A DNA stretch of 64,000 nucleotides, taken from NCBI GenBank assembly GCA_947085505.1, contig CAMTWI010000004.1, forward strand, positions 193,800-257,799, given 5' to 3'. Position numbers and translations under genes: made by a program. The notes under the pieces are model-generated. The model saw only the letters and a program-made list of their open reading frames with translations, did no database searches and was not told where the DNA came from. Of the stretch, positions 53,124-61,598 are shown piece after piece (position 1 is the stretch's first letter; each line of letters starts with the position of its first letter). This DNA comes from an uncultured bacterium. GTDB lineage: Bacteria; Patescibacteriota; Minisyncoccia; Phycocordibacterales; Phycocordibacteraceae.

Positions 53124-53438
53124 ATGCAAGCACGCATCGCCTGTTTCCAAAAATGGTCACCTGCCGTTCTTACGCAGCTTGGCCAAGTCATGACAAGGAC
53201 CTTTGGTATCGAGACGCGTGCCCGGGACCTCTCGGAAAGCACGCGCTCAGATTCGATCGTCTGCACCTTGTATCGAGAATCGCATGACGCGCTGCTCGAT
53301 CCGGAAAACCAGCAGCAACTGCTCGATCGAATCAATGCAACCATAACGGAGTGGGCCAAACCGGCAGTTCCGATCGTCATCGTCAGATACACCGATCAGC
53401 CTATTCCGCTGGAAACCTCAGCCTTGCTGGTTGCCTGA
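53124..53438 (+). CDS. hypothetical protein (104 aa)
   Basis: GGAAGG lies 6 nt upstream. Its own terminator follows. No family recognised. Confidence 0.45.
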   Translation: MQARIACFQKWSPAVLTQLGQVMTRTFGIETRARDLSESTRSDSIVCTLYRESHDALLDPENQQQLLDRINATITEWAKPAVPIVIVRYTDQPIPLETSALLVA

Positions 53439-53442
53439 CCCG

Positions 53443-53470
53443 CCGCCCTGCACATCCGTGTGCAGGGCGG
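53443..53470 (+). terminator. hairpin terminator
   Basis: ccgccctgcaca-tccg-tgtgcagggcgg. Confidence 0.65.
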
Positions 53471-53493
53471 CAATTCTTTACCCTTTTCCTGCA

Positions 53494-53502
53494 TGCTATG
53501 AT
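53494..53502 (+). promoter_or_regulatory. extended -10 (TGcTATGAT) 6 nt before ATG 53509
   Basis: Read directly. Confidence 0.5.
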
Positions 53503-53508
53503 TTTTTT

Positions 53509-54204
53509 ATGGACACCCAGAAACTACGCCGCGATTACTTCCTCCCGGGCGCAATTATCCTTGCGGGACTTATCATTTCTCTAGCACTCTTCGCTATCCG
53601 TACCGAAGAGGTACCCGCACTTGGTGCCGGAGACCCAAAGATGGTCCGTCCTGTAAGTCCGGATGATCGCATCATCGGGAATCCGCAGGCCAAGGTGAAA
53701 ATTGTGGAGTACGCAGATATCGACTCCAAGTTTAGTAAGCAGTTCCAGGCAACCATGCAGCAGGTTATGAGCGAGTATGCTGCTGGTAGCGAGGTGGCAT
53801 GGGTATATCGTCACTTCCCGCTCCTTGATCAGCATGCAGCTGCCGCGTCTCACGCGGAGGCCGCTGAGTGTGCTGGATTCCTTGGAGACTCAGACGCCTT
53901 CTGGCGCTTCATTGACGCACTCCAGAGTGCGGCACCGGGCGAGACACAGTTCCCAGTTGAGGGATATGCATCCGTTGCAACACAGCTTGGGCTTCCACAG
54001 GCAGAGTTTGATACGTGCCTAAAGAATGGCCGGTTCACCAAGAAGGTCTACGACGACAGCACCAACGCTATGCTCGCAGGTGCTGAAGGTGCACCGTACA
54101 CGGTTGTACTCGTTGACGGCCAGGAACCTATCGGCATCCAGGGTGCGCTCTCGTATGAGGATATGAAGCGTGTTATTACTGAGGCATTGGCGAAGACACA
54201 ATAG
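53509..54204 (+). CDS. DsbA/thioredoxin-fold protein with degenerate active site (SKFS in place of CxxC), membrane-anchored
   Basis: N-terminal TM segment. GNPQAKVKIVEYADIDSKFSKQF aligns by eye to the DsbA-like ...EF.D..CPFC..F pattern. The conserved AAECA and FW..HD-like regions are also present. Confidence 0.6.
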   Translation: MDTQKLRRDYFLPGAIILAGLIISLALFAIRTEEVPALGAGDPKMVRPVSPDDRIIGNPQAKVKIVEYADIDSKFSKQFQATMQQVMSEYAAGSEVAWVYRHFPLLDQHAAAASHAEAAECAGFLGDSDAFWRFIDALQSAAPGETQFPVEGYASVATQLGLPQAEFDTCLKNGRFTKKVYDDSTNAMLAGAEGAPYTVVLVDGQEPIGIQGALSYEDMKRVITEALAKTQ

Positions 54205-54263
54205 CTGTTTGACAACTGAATCGTCCGTGTAAAGATAGCCTTATACAACTAGACCATATATCT

Positions 54264-54455
54264 ATGAAGAATCCATTCGAGCGTCGCGAGATTAAGAAAG
54301 AAACACCTTCTGAAGAGAGCAACGTCGTAAATTTCGATCAGCCTGTTATCATCGCTCGTGATTCGCTTGGAAATCCAATTGGTACTGCTGAGAACAGCAT
54401 CGAAGCTGACTCGATGACACGCGAGAACGCGGACGACATGCGTGAGGCAGCGTAA
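54264..54455 (+). CDS. small acidic hypothetical protein (63 aa)
   Basis: ORF followed by terminator 54472-54498. Confidence 0.4.
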   Translation: MKNPFERREIKKETPSEESNVVNFDQPVIIARDSLGNPIGTAENSIEADSMTRENADDMREAA

Positions 54456-54471
54456 GAATCAATCCATGTTG

Positions 54472-54498
54472 AAAAGGCCCGCTTCGTGCGGGTCTTTT
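54472..54498. terminator. bidirectional terminator
   Basis: aaaa-ggcccgc-ttcgt-gcgggtc-tttt. Confidence 0.75.
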
Positions 54499-54499
54499 C

Positions 54500-57334
54500 T
54501 TATATAAAGAGTTTGAGAAGGTCGTCGTACTCGCTGGCGATTCCCTCTCGCCATGTACCGGAGAGAAGTTCAGCAAGTACCTCGTCCAGCACGGTTACAA
54601 TCTCGGTTCGGGATTCGTCTGTAACGGGGACCTCGTGGTCCTTCACGCCGTCAGGACCTACCTGCACAATGGCAGCGCTTGTTGGGTTCTGACCGTTCTC
54701 GCGCACCAGGAGGTCATAAAACGCGAGCTGGCGCACATACTTCTCGTCCATCGCCTTCACCTCGCTCGTGGTCTTGAAGTCTGCGATGCAGATGCCAGAT
54801 GCGGTCTCAAACAAGGCGTCGATCTGGCCCTTTAGCTTTATGATATAGCCGTCTATGGTTCTTGTTGTCTCATAGGTCTTCTCTATAGACACCGGCGCCA
54901 GCAGAGTGCCACCTTCGCTTCGGTACACGATGTATGCAGAGAGACTCAGACGTGCATGCTCCCAGAGTCTATCAAAGGCGGCGTTCCTCTGGAGAAGACT
55001 GCGGCGCATATTTGCTTCAAGTGCGGCAAAGGCACTCCCTTCGTCATTCTTCTCAAGGAATGCCGCGATGCCCGCATGTACTGCCGTTCCCACCGTTAGA
55101 GCAGGCATCTCAGGCTCTTTGAGCCGGAGTACGCGCTTTGCAAAGAACGACGCTGGCGATTCGAGGTATTCATTCAGTGCAGACGGCGAGAGTCCGTCCT
55201 GAATAAGATAGGCCTTCGTTAGGTCGCGAATTAGTTCTGAAGCCACGACGGTTGAATGCATGGGTGGCAGGAGATCCGCTTCGGGAGTAACGAGCGAGAG
55301 TCCGTCCGGCAAAAGCGTGGACGGTGCCTGGTCCTTCCCAGCTCCGGACTGTGCCGCGTATGAAATGGTGAGTGCGTCCTTGGCACGTGTGAGCGCGACG
55401 TAGAAGAGCCGGACGGCGTCCTCTGTCTGCTTCTGCTGACTTATAGGAGACGGGATGGTTGCTGATCTTCCGCTACCCTCCCACTCGCGACTCGTTGCAG
55501 ACACGAGGAACACCCGTTCAAACTCCATACCCTTCGCTTTATGTGCCGTAATAACGGTTACGAATCCTTCCTTCTGCAGTACGCTCGCCTTCACGCTCTC
55601 GAGGTCATGTTCTTGGGCTTTCCGAAGTTCCTCAATGACGTGTGCGAACGAGACGTTCGTGTCGCGTCGAACGAGGTCCTCAATGTGCATGATGAGACGA
55701 CGGATAAGAAGTACGTCGTCCAGGTGCTCGCTATGGGAAAGGAGGAAGCTGCGGGCTCCGGAGAGTTGAAGAATCTTTGATATGAGCTCAAGGGGCGCCA
55801 GGCGCTGGCCCATCTCCTGGAGCGACGTAATGGTTGCGTGAATGTCTGGAAAACGCTCCTTGAGATTCTCATGCAGGTGGAAGTCCCGGGTCTCGCGCAG
55901 GAAGAGTGCTCGATCCTTTATGGTTGCCTCCCACCAAGGCGCAAGCAAGCACTCCCTGAGTGCTGACGCATCGAGCGGGTCCGCTACCGCGCGCATGAGT
56001 GCCTGCAAGGAGCGGATAATAGGACGCGAAGACAAAGAGACGTCGCCGGCACGGAGCGTAGGGATGCCGCGGGCTGCCAGGTGGTCGGCGAAGAGGTCTG
56101 CGTTTGCGTTGGTGCGTGCGATAACGGCAATCTCTTCAGGCTTAGTTCCACTCTTTATTGCATCCTCAACAAGTCCGCTCACCTGGTCTCGCTCGGCAAG
56201 TGGGTCGTCTGACACCAGAAGGTTCAATGATGCCTCTCCTTTCTTGCGATGTGCCGATAGGGTTTTGTGTTCGCCTCTGCTCGCGGACATGCCGCTCGTA
56301 AGGCCGTGTGCGGCTTCGAGGATAGGACCAAGGGAGCGATAGCTGGTCTCAAGCTCAACCACGGTAGTGCGAGGGTAGCTCAGAAGGAACTCGCCGAAGT
56401 GCGTGGCATCAGCCCCCTGGAAACGGAATATGGCCTGCTTCTCGTCCCCTACAACAAACAGGTTCGGGTGCTCGTCATATGCGAGTGCGTCGAGGAGTGC
56501 ATGCTGGAGCGCGTTAGCGTCCTGGTGCTCGTCTGCAAGCACGTACTGGTACTGCTCCTGAAGGGTTGTCCTTAGGGCTTCATCCTCTGCGAGCTGGTCC
56601 GTTACGATACGGAGCACGTCTGTGAAGTCGTAGAGGTCGCGCTCGTCCTTCAGGCGGTCGTACGCTTCTATGAGTCGTGCGGCTTCGAATACCTTCTCGA
56701 GGCGATCGATCTTCTTTTGTCCATCAGGCTTTAGGTCCGCTTTCTTTCCGTACTTAGAGTCCCGGGTGTAGTAGTTGGATTCGTCGTTTCGGAGTCGTTC
56801 TTCTTCTTCCTTTGCGAAGGCGCGATAGTCATCGAGCGTAATGCGTTCGCGGGCGAGGTCGTCGCGGAGTCGGGCCAAATCTCTCAAATAAAAGAATGGG
56901 GACTTCGGAGTGCGTAGATGCACGAGCTCTTCGTTCTCGAGAACCTCCCGCCACAAAAGTGTGGCCTCTACGTCCCCTGCCTGGCGCTTCCCGGCCCATA
57001 CAGGGAAGAAGTCAGCGTACTCTTCTAGTACGTGGTTCGCGAAGCCGTGGAAGGTTGATATAAATACGTCGCGAGCGGTCTCTTCGCCTATTAAGGCAGC
57101 AAGTCGCTGGCGGACGGTCCGTGCAGCCGATTCCGTGAAAGTTAGGACGAGGATGTTGGTGGCGTTCGCCTGAGTCTCCTTGAGTATGTTCGCGATCCTT
57201 AAAGTGAGGATGTGGGTCTTTCCGGTGCCGGGGCCAGCGATAACGAGGACGGGCCCCTCTACCGTGTCTACGGCCAGCTTCTGGGCGCTGTCGAGCATTG
57301 CGTAGGCCTTCTGGAATGCCTGGTTGTCCTTCAT
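54500..57334 (-). CDS. UvrD/PcrA-type SF1 helicase fused to a C-terminal RecB-family PD-(D/E)XK nuclease (AddA-like)
   Basis: Walker A AGPGTGKTH, DEHQD, helicase motifs through TAHKAKGMEFERVF, and C-terminal GQIDALF...IADFKT. TACACT lies 6 nt before the ATG. Confidence 0.8.
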   Translation of the reverse strand: MKDNQAFQKAYAMLDSAQKLAVDTVEGPVLVIAGPGTGKTHILTLRIANILKETQANATNILVLTFTESAARTVRQRLAALIGEETARDVFISTFHGFANHVLEEYADFFPVWAGKRQAGDVEATLLWREVLENEELVHLRTPKSPFFYLRDLARLRDDLARERITLDDYRAFAKEEEERLRNDESNYYTRDSKYGKKADLKPDGQKKIDRLEKVFEAARLIEAYDRLKDERDLYDFTDVLRIVTDQLAEDEALRTTLQEQYQYVLADEHQDANALQHALLDALAYDEHPNLFVVGDEKQAIFRFQGADATHFGEFLLSYPRTTVVELETSYRSLGPILEAAHGLTSGMSASRGEHKTLSAHRKKGEASLNLLVSDDPLAERDQVSGLVEDAIKSGTKPEEIAVIARTNANADLFADHLAARGIPTLRAGDVSLSSRPIIRSLQALMRAVADPLDASALRECLLAPWWEATIKDRALFLRETRDFHLHENLKERFPDIHATITSLQEMGQRLAPLELISKILQLSGARSFLLSHSEHLDDVLLIRRLIMHIEDLVRRDTNVSFAHVIEELRKAQEHDLESVKASVLQKEGFVTVITAHKAKGMEFERVFLVSATSREWEGSGRSATIPSPISQQKQTEDAVRLFYVALTRAKDALTISYAAQSGAGKDQAPSTLLPDGLSLVTPEADLLPPMHSTVVASELIRDLTKAYLIQDGLSPSALNEYLESPASFFAKRVLRLKEPEMPALTVGTAVHAGIAAFLEKNDEGSAFAALEANMRRSLLQRNAAFDRLWEHARLSLSAYIVYRSEGGTLLAPVSIEKTYETTRTIDGYIIKLKGQIDALFETASGICIADFKTTSEVKAMDEKYVRQLAFYDLLVRENGQNPTSAAIVQVGPDGVKDHEVPVTDESRTEIVTVLDEVLAELLSGTWREGIASEYDDLLKLFI

Positions 57335-57456
57335 ACCCCTAGTGTACCTGATACAGGCAACAGGGTCCCCAGAAGGGGTATACTAGTCCTGTCCCGAAGG
57401 ATGGCACCTTAGAGAAGCTTGATGCCGGGCGGTAGGTGAAACGGAAAGGAGGTCTC

Positions 57457-57588
57457 GTGATAGAGCAGAGGATCAGATGCATGCATACTGCTTCAGTGAC
57501 CACGAGACGATGTAGTCGGGCATATGGCCTGTTGGACCGGGACCCATCGGAAAACCCCCGAAAACGTAACCACCAAAACTGCTCGTGA
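57457..57588 (+). CDS. possible 43-aa Arg/Cys-containing peptide, or part of an sRNA
   Basis: AGGAGG 57447-57452 lies 4 nt before GTG 57457. The stop sits inside the terminator stem. TATACT at 57379-57384 is a possible promoter. Very uncertain. Confidence 0.2.
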   Translation: MIEQRIRCMHTASVTTRRCSRAYGLLDRDPSENPRKRNHQNCS

Positions 57589-57612
57589 CCTCAGGTCGCG
57601 AGCAGACTTTTT
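57575..57612. terminator. bidirectional terminator (12-bp stem)
   Basis: aaaa-ctgctcgtgacc-tca-ggtcgcgagcag-ac-ttttt. Confidence 0.8.
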
Positions 57613-58171
57613 ATAAATATCGTGTACGGAGCTCCCTTCTGCGTAGAGCGTGCGCGGGTATCTCTCTAGCCACCTGTGCCCAGAATCGTTCGGAATGGTT
57701 GTGCTCTTTAGTATGACAGAGCTCATGCACTACGATGTAGTCCTGGATTTCTTTAGGAAGGTAGACGATGCGGTAATTGAAAGACAGATTTCCCTTCGCG
57801 GAGCAGCTTCCCCATCGCGTCTTCTGGTCCCTGATGTATATGGTGCCGTATGTGAAGTTGTAGAGCTCATTGAAGTGTTTGAGACGTTCTGTAACGAGGA
57901 TTCTGGCTTCCTTTCTTGCTTCTCTGTATGCGCTTGAGTTCTTGCGGGGGCGTGGGAGCGCTATCGGATTTGTTCTCTTCTTAGCGGCTCTCTTTATAAA
58001 GGCTTCTTTTGCTCTCTCAATCCATTCTCTGTGCTTTAGAACGAATGCTTCTGCTGTCTTCTGAGAGATTCGTGTTGGTTTGGTTGCAACAACACGGCCG
58101 TCTGGGTGGACGGTTAGAGTGAGGCGCTTGGCGCGGGTTGATTCGCGCACTATGTATGCATCAGCTTCCAT
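57611..58171 (-). CDS. DUF45/YgjP-type M48-like zinc metallopeptidase
   Basis: HELCHTKEHNHSERFW (HExxH). About 186 aa. Overlaps the upstream membrane gene by 22 nt. Confidence 0.7.
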   Translation of the reverse strand: MEADAYIVRESTRAKRLTLTVHPDGRVVATKPTRISQKTAEAFVLKHREWIERAKEAFIKRAAKKRTNPIALPRPRKNSSAYREARKEARILVTERLKHFNELYNFTYGTIYIRDQKTRWGSCSAKGNLSFNYRIVYLPKEIQDYIVVHELCHTKEHNHSERFWAQVAREIPAHALRRRELRTRYL

Positions 58172-58440
58172 CTATCCTCGCTCTTCAAAATAGCGCTTGA
58201 GCCACCATTTTTTATTGCTGGCAAAGACTGTGTAGAGAGAACATAGCCACCAACAGGCACAAAAGCTGAGAGATACCAATCGCTTACGCCAATCATATAG
58301 AGAAATAGCGATGCGCTGACATAAGTTATGGCAGCGATAATAAGCACACGAACCAGGCTAGTCTCCCAAGCCTTATCCGCCTCGACACGTACGTTTCGCT
58401 CGTGGATACGTTCTATTGTCTCGCTAATGTGCTCTTCCAT
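58150..58440 (-). CDS. small 2-TM membrane protein
   Basis: MEEHISETIERIHERNVRVEADKAWETS followed by two TM helices. TATACT lies 7 nt before ATG 58440. Confidence 0.55.
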   Translation of the reverse strand: MEEHISETIERIHERNVRVEADKAWETSLVRVLIIAAITYVSASLFLYMIGVSDWYLSAFVPVGGYVLSTQSLPAIKNGGSSAILKSEDRWKLMHT

Positions 58441-58547
58441 GTCAGAAAGTATACCTTTCTGACTGGTCTTCTTACAAAGAGGGGTCGTCATTAGTCTGGG
58501 TTAGAAATGGAGCTACAGGGCTCAGATATGCTAGGCTAATTCTATAC

Positions 58548-61500
58548 ATGGAGGAGTATCTGCGGGGAATAGCCCAGAAGTATGCGCGTGCGGATGCTCG
58601 AGAGATGATTTATCGAGCCGATTTTGAAATGTTATTGAAATCGATATTTGGAGTTGATGGGAAAGTGCTCCAAATCAATCACGACTCAACTAATGACAAC
58701 GGCAACAAGCCGGATTTCGTAGTCTCGAAAAATGAAGTCCCTTTGGTGTACATCGAGGCCAAAGATATTGGTGTAAACCTCGATAAAATTGAGAAGAGCG
58801 ACCAGATGAATCGATATTACGGATATTCGAACCTTGTCCTAACAGATTATCTAGAATTTAGATTCTATCGAAACGGGTCACTCTACGGAGCACCAGTCTC
58901 AATTGCCACAATCAACAAAGGAGATCGAACTCTTTCCTACCTTCCTGAGAATTATCCACTCCTGCAGAAAACACTTTTAGATTTTGCCTCAACACACAGG
59001 GAGCCAATTAAAGGCGGCGCTCACCTTGCGCGAATCATGGGCGGAAAGGCGCGCCGCATTAAAGACAATGTAAAGGAAATGCTTGCTGGTTCTTCGGATA
59101 AGTATTCCGACCTGCTCAAGATTCGTGATGTCGTGAGGGATTCTTTGGTAACAGACTTGGACGATGAGAAGTTTGCTGACATGTACTCACAAACTCTTGT
59201 ATACGGTCTATTTGCCGCACGCTATAACGACAAGACACCGGAAACATTCTCACGTATTGAGGCCCGAGAATTAGTGCCTGCAAGCAACCCATTCTTGAGA
59301 TCATTCTTTGATCATATTGCAGGCAACAGCTTCCCTGAACGTCTTCGGTTTATTGTTGATGAACTTTGTGAAGTGTTTACCCATGCCGATCTTGAGAAGA
59401 TACTGAAGGATTTCTATCTTAAAGAAAAGGATACGAAAGATCCGGTTATTCATTTCTATGAGGACTTTCTTAATGAGTACGACCCAAAAAAGAAGATGGA
59501 AATGGGTGTGTTCTACACACCGCGTCCAGTAGTCCAGTTTATTGTTCGTGCTGTTGATTCTATTCTCAAATCTGAATTTAACCTTTCTGCTGGCCTCGCA
59601 GACTACTCGAAAATTACCAAGGACGAGAAGATGATTGGCCCGAAGGGTAAGGGTGTGGTAACCACGCAAGAATACCATCGAGTTCAAGTACTAGATATTG
59701 CCACAGGTACCGGAACATTCCTTAATGAGGTTATTTATCAGGTTTATGAGTCTTTCCATAATCAGAAAGGTGCATGGAGCGCATATGTTCAGGAACACCT
59801 GCTCCCTCGACTTCATGGGTTTGAGTTAATGATGGCAAGTTATACAATCGCGCATCTTAAGCTTGGCCTAAGCTTAAGTGCAACAGGTGCAGGTGAAGCA
59901 GATGGACGTCTTGGAGTTTATCTGACCAACTCTCTTGATAAGCCTCACATCCAGTTAATCCAACCAACGTTGCTTGGTTTTATGGATAGCATCACGGAGG
60001 AAAGCAGACTCGCCTCTAAAGTAAAAAATGATTACCCAATAATGGTGGTAATTGGTAACCCGCCCTACTCTGGTAAATCAATGAATCCTCATTACACCGA
60101 AAATGATGTCTATAAAGTTGAACCTGGTGGAAAGCAAAAGCTCAAGGAAAGAAATAGCAAGTGGTTAAATGACGATTATGTAAAGTTTATACGTCTTGCT
60201 GAGAGCATGATTGAGAAAAATGGTGAGGGTGTTTTAGGAATGATTACTGCACATGGGTATATCGATAACCCAACATTCCGTGGCATGCGTTGGCACTTAA
60301 GAAATACCTTCGATCAAATATATATTGTTGATCTTCATGGTAATTCAAATAAGGATGAGAGTGCAGAAGACGGTTCTAGGGACGAAAACGTTTTCGACAT
60401 TAAGACCGGCGTATCGATTCTCATTGGGGTGCGTAAAAAATCAGCGCCAAGCAAGCCTCTAGCTAGGGTTTTTGTAAATAATATTTACGGTAAGCGTCAA
60501 AGTAAGTTTGATATTTTAGACAAAGCCACAGTTGACTCAATGAAGTGGGAGGAGATTGATGCTGAGAACGATGTGTGGAGAGTTGAAGGTAAGGGTAAAG
60601 AAATTTACATGAAGGGCTTTAGCGTCGATGCACTTTTTGCACTTTCCAGTATCGGAATTGTTACAGGAAAAGATTCGTTTGTTATCGACACAAATCGGAA
60701 CAGGCTCCTGAGCAGAATTGAGACTTATTCTCAGGATCCATCTTCTATACAAATAAAGGGACTACCTACAAAACATGATTTTGATACGTCTCATATCAAA
60801 AAAATATCTTATAGACCATTTGATGATAGGTATATTTATTACCATAAAGGTTTTATCGAGAGGGAGCGTCTTGCGGTCATGAAGCACTTTCTTGATGGAG
60901 AGAATATTGGCCTAGTGGTTCCAAGACAGGTTAAGGCAGGTAAGAATTGGTGTCATGCCTTTGTAACAAAGGAAATTATTGAGTCTTCACTTATATCTAA
61001 CAAAACAAGTGAGATCGGTACAGTGTTTCCACTGTACAGATATGACGACCACAATAGCCGGGTTTCAAATCTTAACGAGGAGATTTTAGAGCGATTTATA
61101 AATATCGTGGGCTATAGTGACCCCGAAGACATTTTTGCATACGTATATGGGTATCTCTACGACACTCCTTATTTGACCGAATACAGCGAGTTTTTAAAGA
61201 CTCATTTCCCAAGAATTCCTTTTCCAGAATCGAAGGCGGAGTTTGAAAAATATGTGGAACGGGGCAATGCATTAAAATCTGCCCACCTAATGGAGCCGTT
61301 AGCACTTGAAAATATAACCACTCATTACCCAATTCAGGGAAGCAATGTTGTTGATTCTCTAGTTTTTGAATCAAATAAGATCTATATAAACGAGCAACAG
61401 TATTTTGACGGAATTAGTGAGAGGGTATGGAACTATAGAATAGGTGCATACCAACCTGCACAGAAATATCTTAAAGATAGAAAAGGCACGACCCTAACAC

Positions 61501-61571
61501 ATGAGGAGATAACTCATTACCAAAATCTGGTTGCGTCGCTTACAAAAACCCTACAGCTTACTTCTTATTAG
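58548..61571 (+). CDS. single-polypeptide restriction-modification enzyme (Type IIG/IIL or ISP-like): N-terminal PD-(D/E)XK nuclease, N6-adenine methyltransferase, C-terminal specificity region
   Basis: D56...E70-A-K72 (PDFVV...VYIEAKD, nt 58713-58763). SAM motif VLDIATGTGTFL. NPPY at nt 60057-60068. The C-terminal W-NYRIGAYQPAQKYLKDRKG...HY is recalled from Type ISP/IIG C-terminal domains. AT-rich relative to its neighbours. Confidence 0.75.
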   Translation: MEEYLRGIAQKYARADAREMIYRADFEMLLKSIFGVDGKVLQINHDSTNDNGNKPDFVVSKNEVPLVYIEAKDIGVNLDKIEKSDQMNRYYGYSNLVLTDYLEFRFYRNGSLYGAPVSIATINKGDRTLSYLPENYPLLQKTLLDFASTHREPIKGGAHLARIMGGKARRIKDNVKEMLAGSSDKYSDLLKIRDVVRDSLVTDLDDEKFADMYSQTLVYGLFAARYNDKTPETFSRIEARELVPASNPFLRSFFDHIAGNSFPERLRFIVDELCEVFTHADLEKILKDFYLKEKDTKDPVIHFYEDFLNEYDPKKKMEMGVFYTPRPVVQFIVRAVDSILKSEFNLSAGLADYSKITKDEKMIGPKGKGVVTTQEYHRVQVLDIATGTGTFLNEVIYQVYESFHNQKGAWSAYVQEHLLPRLHGFELMMASYTIAHLKLGLSLSATGAGEADGRLGVYLTNSLDKPHIQLIQPTLLGFMDSITEESRLASKVKNDYPIMVVIGNPPYSGKSMNPHYTENDVYKVEPGGKQKLKERNSKWLNDDYVKFIRLAESMIEKNGEGVLGMITAHGYIDNPTFRGMRWHLRNTFDQIYIVDLHGNSNKDESAEDGSRDENVFDIKTGVSILIGVRKKSAPSKPLARVFVNNIYGKRQSKFDILDKATVDSMKWEEIDAENDVWRVEGKGKEIYMKGFSVDALFALSSIGIVTGKDSFVIDTNRNRLLSRIETYSQDPSSIQIKGLPTKHDFDTSHIKKISYRPFDDRYIYYHKGFIERERLAVMKHFLDGENIGLVVPRQVKAGKNWCHAFVTKEIIESSLISNKTSEIGTVFPLYRYDDHNSRVSNLNEEILERFINIVGYSDPEDIFAYVYGYLYDTPYLTEYSEFLKTHFPRIPFPESKAEFEKYVERGNALKSAHLMEPLALENITTHYPIQGSNVVDSLVFESNKIYINEQQYFDGISERVWNYRIGAYQPAQKYLKDRKGTTLTHEEITHYQNLVASLTKTLQLTSY

Positions 61572-61596
61572 AAAAGCGCCCTTTCGGGCGCTTTTC
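61572..61596. terminator. bidirectional terminator
   Basis: aaaagcgccc-tttc-gggcgctttt. Confidence 0.8.
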
Positions 61597-61598
61597 TC

